Source: Pseudomonadota bacterium (GTDB lineage: Bacteria > Myxococcota_A > UBA796 > UBA9615). Taken from it: a DNA stretch of 64,000 nt. Positions 59,833 through 64,000 of the stretch are shown here, piece after piece. The position numbers and the translations under genes are program-made. The stretch is from assembly GCA_024229515.1 (NCBI GenBank), contig JAAESI010000071.1, positions 4,023-68,022 on the forward strand, given 5' to 3'. Every line of letters begins with the position of its first letter. Position 1 is the stretch's first letter. The notes below the pieces were generated by a model. It saw only the letters and a list, made by a program, of their open reading frames with translations, made no database searches and had not been told where the DNA came from.

Positions 59833-60545
59833 TTCCCGGACGCTCGCCAGACCAGGGTGACCGCGAGGCTCCCCAGATCCTGGTCGTCATCCACGCCGCA
59901 GTCGGGCGGGTTGCCGGAGACCACGTCCGCGCCGGTGATGCTGTGGTTCCCCGCGCCGTCGTCCGTCGTGGTGCCGATGCTCTCCCACACACCGTCGTCG
60001 CCCTGGGCGAAGAACTCCCAGTCGGTGGCGGAGGTGAAGTTGACGCCGAAAGCGCCGGAGGTGGGCGAGGTCGAGTCCAGCAGCTCGGCGCAGCTGTCCT
60101 CGGAGTAGGTGAAGGCTCCCTCGAAGGTGCGGTCGCAGGTCGGGCAGGCGCCCGTCTCGGTGCTCAGCGCGGAGCTGTAGGTGGTGCGGCAGTCGTCCAC
60201 GTCGATGTCGATGGGGATGCCGATGTCGCACTCGATCTCGAAGCCGGTGAAGTCGAAGTCGCCGGTGTGGTCGAGGGCGTCCGGCCAGAAGCAGGGGGCC
60301 ACGTCGGCGCAGTCGTCGTCGGCGCAGTCGGTGGCGCCGTCCTCGTCCTCGTCGACGCCGTCGTCGCAGTCCGTCTCCGTGTTGGGGACCGAGTCGTCGT
60401 CGTCGGAGGCGTCGTCGTCATCGCTGGCGTCGTCGTCGTCGTCGGTGCTGTCGTCGTCGTCGCCGGTGCCGCCCCGGGTCGTGGGGCAGGCGATCAGGCC
60501 GAAGGACAGGAGCAGCAGCAGCAGGAAAAGGCGGGTCGTTCGCAT
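59829..60545 (-). CDS. Lipoprotein paralogue with a poly-Asp linker and a Cys-rich domain
   Basis: Lipobox GLIAC and DDDDAS repeats. The ETDC(D/S)DG(V/L)D...DC.D.DC core and the C-terminal PPDC motif are shared with 59023..59832. Overlaps it by 4 bp. Confidence 0.7.
   Translation of the reverse strand: MRTTRLFLLLLLLSFGLIACPTTRGGTGDDDDSTDDDDDASDDDDASDDDDSVPNTETDCDDGVDEDEDGATDCADDDCADVAPCFWPDALDHTGDFDFTGFEIECDIGIPIDIDVDDCRTTYSSALSTETGACPTCDRTFEGAFTYSEDSCAELLDSTSPTSGAFGVNFTSATDWEFFAQGDDGVWESIGTTTDDGAGNHSITGADVVSGNPPDCGVDDDQDLGSLAVTLVWRASGK
60388..60465 (-). repeat. GAC/GTC-triplet tandem tract encoding poly-Asp
   Basis: gtcgtcgtcgtcggaggcgtc units. Confidence 0.8.
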
Positions 60546-60556
60546 CGCCGGCGATC

Positions 60557-60940
60557 CTACGCCAAGCGCTCCCGAACGATCCCGGGCAGCTTCACGAGCT
60601 TGTTGTCGCCGTCCACGCAGGCCAGCTCGATCTCACCGTCCACGAGCAGCGCGTCGCCGCGGAACGCCCGCTGCACGAACACCGCTCGGTAGGGGCTGGC
60701 CAGCCGCACGGTCGTGCGAATGTCGACCTGATCCCCGAACCGTGCCCCCTCCTTGAAGGTCATCGACGCCTTGTAGACGACGAACCCGACCCGGTCGGTC
60801 TCCCACAGGGCGACCAGCTCCTCGACGCCGAGCAGGTGCTCACGCGCCCGCTCGAAGTACTTGAGGTAGTTGGCGTGGTAGACGACCCCGCTGTGGTCGG
60901 TGTCCTCGTAATAGACCTGAACCGGCAGCACGTGCTCCAT
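60557..60940 (-). CDS. Acyl-CoA thioesterase (YbgC/4HBT hotdog fold)
   Basis: VQVYYEDTDHSGVVYHANYLKYFE catalytic region. Confidence 0.85.
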   Translation of the reverse strand: MEHVLPVQVYYEDTDHSGVVYHANYLKYFERAREHLLGVEELVALWETDRVGFVVYKASMTFKEGARFGDQVDIRTTVRLASPYRAVFVQRAFRGDALLVDGEIELACVDGDNKLVKLPGIVRERLA

Positions 60941-60997
60941 CGCCGAACCCTACAGGCTTGCACTCCGCCTCGCGGGGAGGCAGGTTTGCCCCGCTGG

Positions 60998-61428
60998 AAG
61001 GGAGGCCCAGGCGGTCGCCGGCTGCTTCGGCAGCGGGAGGAAAGTCCGAGCTCCGTAGAGCAGGGTGCCGGGTAACTCCCGGTCGACGTAAGTTGAAGGC
61101 CAGTGCAACAGAGAGAAGTCCACCGGGGCGGGTCAAACCGCCTCGTCGGATGCGCCCGGTCGAACGTGCCGGTGGCGGTCTGATGACGGGTTCGCCCGTC
61201 GGCCAGGCTGAAAGGGTGCGGTAAGAGCGCACCGGCTCCTCGGGCAACCGGGGAGGCCAGGTAAACCCCATCTGGAGCAAGGCCACATAGGGACCCTCAT
61301 GGAGCTGCTCGCTCTTGGGTCCGGGTAGGCTGCTGGAGCCCGTCAGAGACGGCGGGCCTAGAGGAATGATCGCCCATGGGACGGTGGCAACACCCCCCGG
61401 GACAAGACTCGGCTTACGGGCCTCCTAC
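60998..61428 (+). ncRNA. rnpB: RNase P RNA, bacterial type A
   Basis: Conserved blocks GGAGGAAAGTCCGAGCTCC (P4 5' strand), AGGGTGCCGGGTAAC, CCAGTGCAACAGAGAG, GGTGCGGTAAGAGCGCACC, GGTAAACCCCATCTGGAGCAAGGCCACATAGGG, GGGTAGGCTGCTGGAGCC, CCTAGAGGAATGA and ACAAGACTCGGCTTAC (P4 3' strand). The P1 helix is GGAGGCCC paired with GGGCCTCC. Confidence 0.85.
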
Positions 61429-63158
61429 TTCCAGCCGTTTGGATCGCCGATCGTCTCCGTATCGGGGGCGATCGGCGCCCTTACATCGGCCACCGAGCCC
61501 TCCACCGGGAGCCACAGGCTGATGGTGGTCCCCACCCCCAGCTCGCTCTCGACGTTCACGGTGCCGTTGTGGCGCTCCACGATGCCGCCGACGATGGCGA
61601 GGCCGAGCCCGCTGCCGCCGGTCTTGCGCTGCCGTGAGGGATCGACCCGGTAGAAGCGGCTCATCACCCGCGGCACGTCCTCGGGGGGGATGCCGATGCC
61701 GGTGTCGGTGATGCCGAGCGTCACGCCCGCCTCCTTCACGGTCACCGAGACGGTCACCGACCCCTTCTGGGTGTAGCGCAGCGCGTTCTCGAGCAGGTTC
61801 ATGCCGACCTGCTCCAGGCGCATGCGGTCGCCGACGATCTCGCCGCCGGGCTCGATGTTGGTGAACACCTCCAGCCCCTGCTGCTCCGCCCGCGGGATGA
61901 CGCGCCGGGCCAGCTCGACGGCCAGCCGACTGACGTCGACCAGGTCGCGTTCCATCACGAGCCCGCCGGCCTCCAGCTTGGTCAGCGTCTCCAGATCGCG
62001 CGCGAGGTGCGCCAGCCGCTTGGCCTCGTCGTGGGCGACGGACAGGAAGCCCTTGCGGGTGGTGCCGTCCATGCCCCCTTCTTCCTCGGCCATCAGCAGG
62101 GTCTCGAGGTACGCAAGCACGTTGGTCAGGGGGGTGTTGAGCTCATGGGCGAAGTCGGCGACCAGCCGCCTCCGCGTGGCGTCGGTCTGCTCCAGCTCGC
62201 GCACGGTCCGCTGCAGCAGATCGGCGGTGCGGTTGAAGGTGAGGCCGACGCGCCCGACCTCGTCCATCGCCGCCACCGGGATGCGCGCGGACATGTCGCC
62301 CGCCGCCATGCGACCCACGGCCGCTTCCGCCTCGCGCAGGCGCCCGGTGATCGACCGGGTGCCCAGGAACGCCATCAGCACCGACAGCAGGAACACGGGG
62401 AAGGCCCAGCGCCAGCTCGCCTCCCAGATGAGGTTGCGGGTGGCTGCCGTCGACGGCTGGGCGGCGACGCGCACGTAGCCGATGATGTCTCCGTTTCCGG
62501 AGATCGGAGGGCCCCCGCCGCGCACCGCGGAGACGGCGACGAAGCCCAGTCCGACGGCTTCCCGCTTGTGGCTGCCGTCCTTGAGGGAGGCCTTGATGTC
62601 CTCGTGCATCACCACCGGCGCAGCGCCCGGGGTGCCGACCCGCTGGGCGAGCCGTCGGCCGCCGGCGCCGTAGACCGCGACGCTCATCCGGGGGAACGCG
62701 GCGTACCGCTGGTCGAGCCAGCTCTGGATGGTGCCGGGTGCGGCGGACTCGGCCAGCAGGGTGCCCGCGGAGTCCTCCAGGGCGATGAGCGCGGGGGTCA
62801 CGAGCTGCTGCTGGAACGCTTCGGACAGCACGTTGGCGCCGAGCCGGTAGGCCAGCAGCTGGGTCAGTCCGCCGTAGATCGCGAGCACCGCCAACGTCGT
62901 GATGAGGAGGCGGCGGAACAGGGAGCGTCGAGCCGGCGGCGGCTCGGGAACGTGCAGCGTGTACCGCTGCCGGATCGTGGCGGTCTCGCCGGGAGCAGGC
63001 TCCTGCTCCTGCCGTGGAGGCTCGTCGCGCGCCTCGTCGAACGCTTTGCGCGCCTTGCGGAAACGGACGACGGTGGACTCGGGTTCGAGCCGCTTCTTGC
63101 GTTTGCGTCGGCGGGGACGGCCCGGCTCCGTCTGGAGCGGGCCCTCGTCGTCAGCCAT
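61425..63158 (-). CDS. Sensor histidine kinase (TM-HAMP-HisKA-HATPase)
   Basis: H-box FAHELNTPL, then N, G1 and G2 boxes. The 3' end abuts or overlaps the rnpB 3' end convergently. Confidence 0.9.
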   Translation of the reverse strand: MADDEGPLQTEPGRPRRRKRKKRLEPESTVVRFRKARKAFDEARDEPPRQEQEPAPGETATIRQRYTLHVPEPPPARRSLFRRLLITTLAVLAIYGGLTQLLAYRLGANVLSEAFQQQLVTPALIALEDSAGTLLAESAAPGTIQSWLDQRYAAFPRMSVAVYGAGGRRLAQRVGTPGAAPVVMHEDIKASLKDGSHKREAVGLGFVAVSAVRGGGPPISGNGDIIGYVRVAAQPSTAATRNLIWEASWRWAFPVFLLSVLMAFLGTRSITGRLREAEAAVGRMAAGDMSARIPVAAMDEVGRVGLTFNRTADLLQRTVRELEQTDATRRRLVADFAHELNTPLTNVLAYLETLLMAEEEGGMDGTTRKGFLSVAHDEAKRLAHLARDLETLTKLEAGGLVMERDLVDVSRLAVELARRVIPRAEQQGLEVFTNIEPGGEIVGDRMRLEQVGMNLLENALRYTQKGSVTVSVTVKEAGVTLGITDTGIGIPPEDVPRVMSRFYRVDPSRQRKTGGSGLGLAIVGGIVERHNGTVNVESELGVGTTISLWLPVEGSVADVRAPIAPDTETIGDPNGWK

Positions 63159-63961
63159 CAGGCGTCGGGGTCGTCGCGGTACCGGTAGCCGACTCGGAAG
63201 ACGGTCTGGATCACGTCACGGGGGCCGCCGGCCTCAGCGACCTTGCGGCGTACGCGGGCGATGTGGGAGTCGATCGTCCGGGCGTAGCCGGCGTGGTCGT
63301 AGCCCCACACATGGTCCAGCAGCTCCTCACGCGTGAACACGCGCCCGGGCCTGCGGGCCATGAAGTAGAGGAGGTCGAACTCGGTCGGTGTCAGCTCGAT
63401 CACGTCGTCGTGGACGTGGACCTCGCGGCGGCCGGGATCGATCTTGATCGGGGGGCGGATGATGGGCGCCGGGGTGACGACGCTCTCCTCGCCGATGTCG
63501 CCCATGCCCGCGGGCAGTCCGGGCTCGATGGAGCCGGGGTTGGGGCCGGCGACGGGGGTGACGGAGGCGACCGATTCGGCCTGGATTCGGGCGTCGCGGC
63601 GCTGCAGCAGCGACCGGCAGCGGGCGACCAGCTCCTTGACCCCGAACGGCTTGCGCACGTAGTCGTCGGCGCCGACGGTCAGCCCCATGACGGCGTCGAC
63701 CTCTTCGACGCGGGCCGTCAACATGAGGATGGCGGGCTGGGTGCCGCCGCTGCTCCGGATGGCCTGGCAGACGTCGAAACCGCTGCGGCCGGGGAGCATC
63801 ACATCGAGGATCACGAGATCCGGGTGGAGCTCGTTGTACAGGCTGAGACCCTTGTCACCGTCCGCCGCGTGGTGGCACTCGAACGACTCGCGCTCGAGGT
63901 GAAACCGCACGACCGAAGCGATGCGCTGGTCATCCTCGACAATCAGAATCGTGTACGACAC
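63158..63961 (-). CDS. OmpR family response regulator with an unusually long interdomain linker
   Basis: REC domain (ILIVEDD, DVMLPG) and a winged-helix output domain (YRFRF-like RVGYRY). A Pro/Gly-rich linker of about 50 aa lies between them. Overlaps the kinase gene by 1 bp. Confidence 0.9.
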   Translation of the reverse strand: MSYTILIVEDDQRIASVVRFHLERESFECHHAADGDKGLSLYNELHPDLVILDVMLPGRSGFDVCQAIRSSGGTQPAILMLTARVEEVDAVMGLTVGADDYVRKPFGVKELVARCRSLLQRRDARIQAESVASVTPVAGPNPGSIEPGLPAGMGDIGEESVVTPAPIIRPPIKIDPGRREVHVHDDVIELTPTEFDLLYFMARRPGRVFTREELLDHVWGYDHAGYARTIDSHIARVRRKVAEAGGPRDVIQTVFRVGYRYRDDPDA

Positions 63962-64000
63962 GGGGGAATCCTAGCAAGGGGGGCAGATTGGTGCTCCGAG

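Noticed and set aside
60840-61286. ORFs 60840..61286 (minus) and 60958..61224 (plus)
   Set aside because: They lie inside the RNase P RNA gene. The sequence there matches the conserved rnpB blocks, not coding sequence.

Overview
This window is a high-GC (about 70%) chromosomal segment with no scaffold of mobile elements, CRISPR arrays, rRNA genes or obvious tRNAs. Conserved housekeeping genes sit between many secreted lipoproteins. The recognisable genes are ruvC-ruvA, ruvB, yebC, clpB preceded by a DUF1844 gene, bamD, alaS, pilT, recA, cinA, ruvX-mltG, an acyl-CoA dehydrogenase, a two-subunit molybdo-hydroxylase, a SNF2/SWIM helicase, RNase P RNA (rnpB) and a sensor kinase with an OmpR-type regulator. 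A LexA box of the type recalled for Myxococcus lies upstream of recA, and several proteins carry MopE-like CxxCDGxDNDCDG repeats. Together with the GC content these point to a Myxococcota-type genome, which is an inference. Because of the GC bias, many of the long ORFs in the supplied track are antisense shadows of real genes; the B12-binding radical SAM gene at the 5' end is not in the track at all, and rnpB is covered only by spurious ORFs. The main accessory content is as follows. (1) A truncated minus-strand operon at the window start encodes DUF192, an unknown protein, a SAM methyltransferase and a B12-binding radical SAM enzyme. (2) A PilZ protein and a zinc-ribbon protein converge on an FHA-GGDEF cyclase. 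(3) Two very large lipoproteins carry tandem MopE-like cysteine repeats, one fused to a beta-helix and the other to FG-GAP repeats. (4) Several lipoproteins have poly-aspartate tracts encoded by GAC-triplet tandem repeats, including two tandem paralogues. (5) Two GT-C-fold membrane glycosyltransferase-like proteins are each translationally coupled to a small upstream cysteine-containing secreted peptide; one pair lies in a tight operon with the SNF2/SWIM helicase and an FmdB zinc-ribbon protein. (6) A large secreted protein appears to be split by a +1 frameshift. (7) An aconitase-family protein has the swivel domain at its N-terminus.
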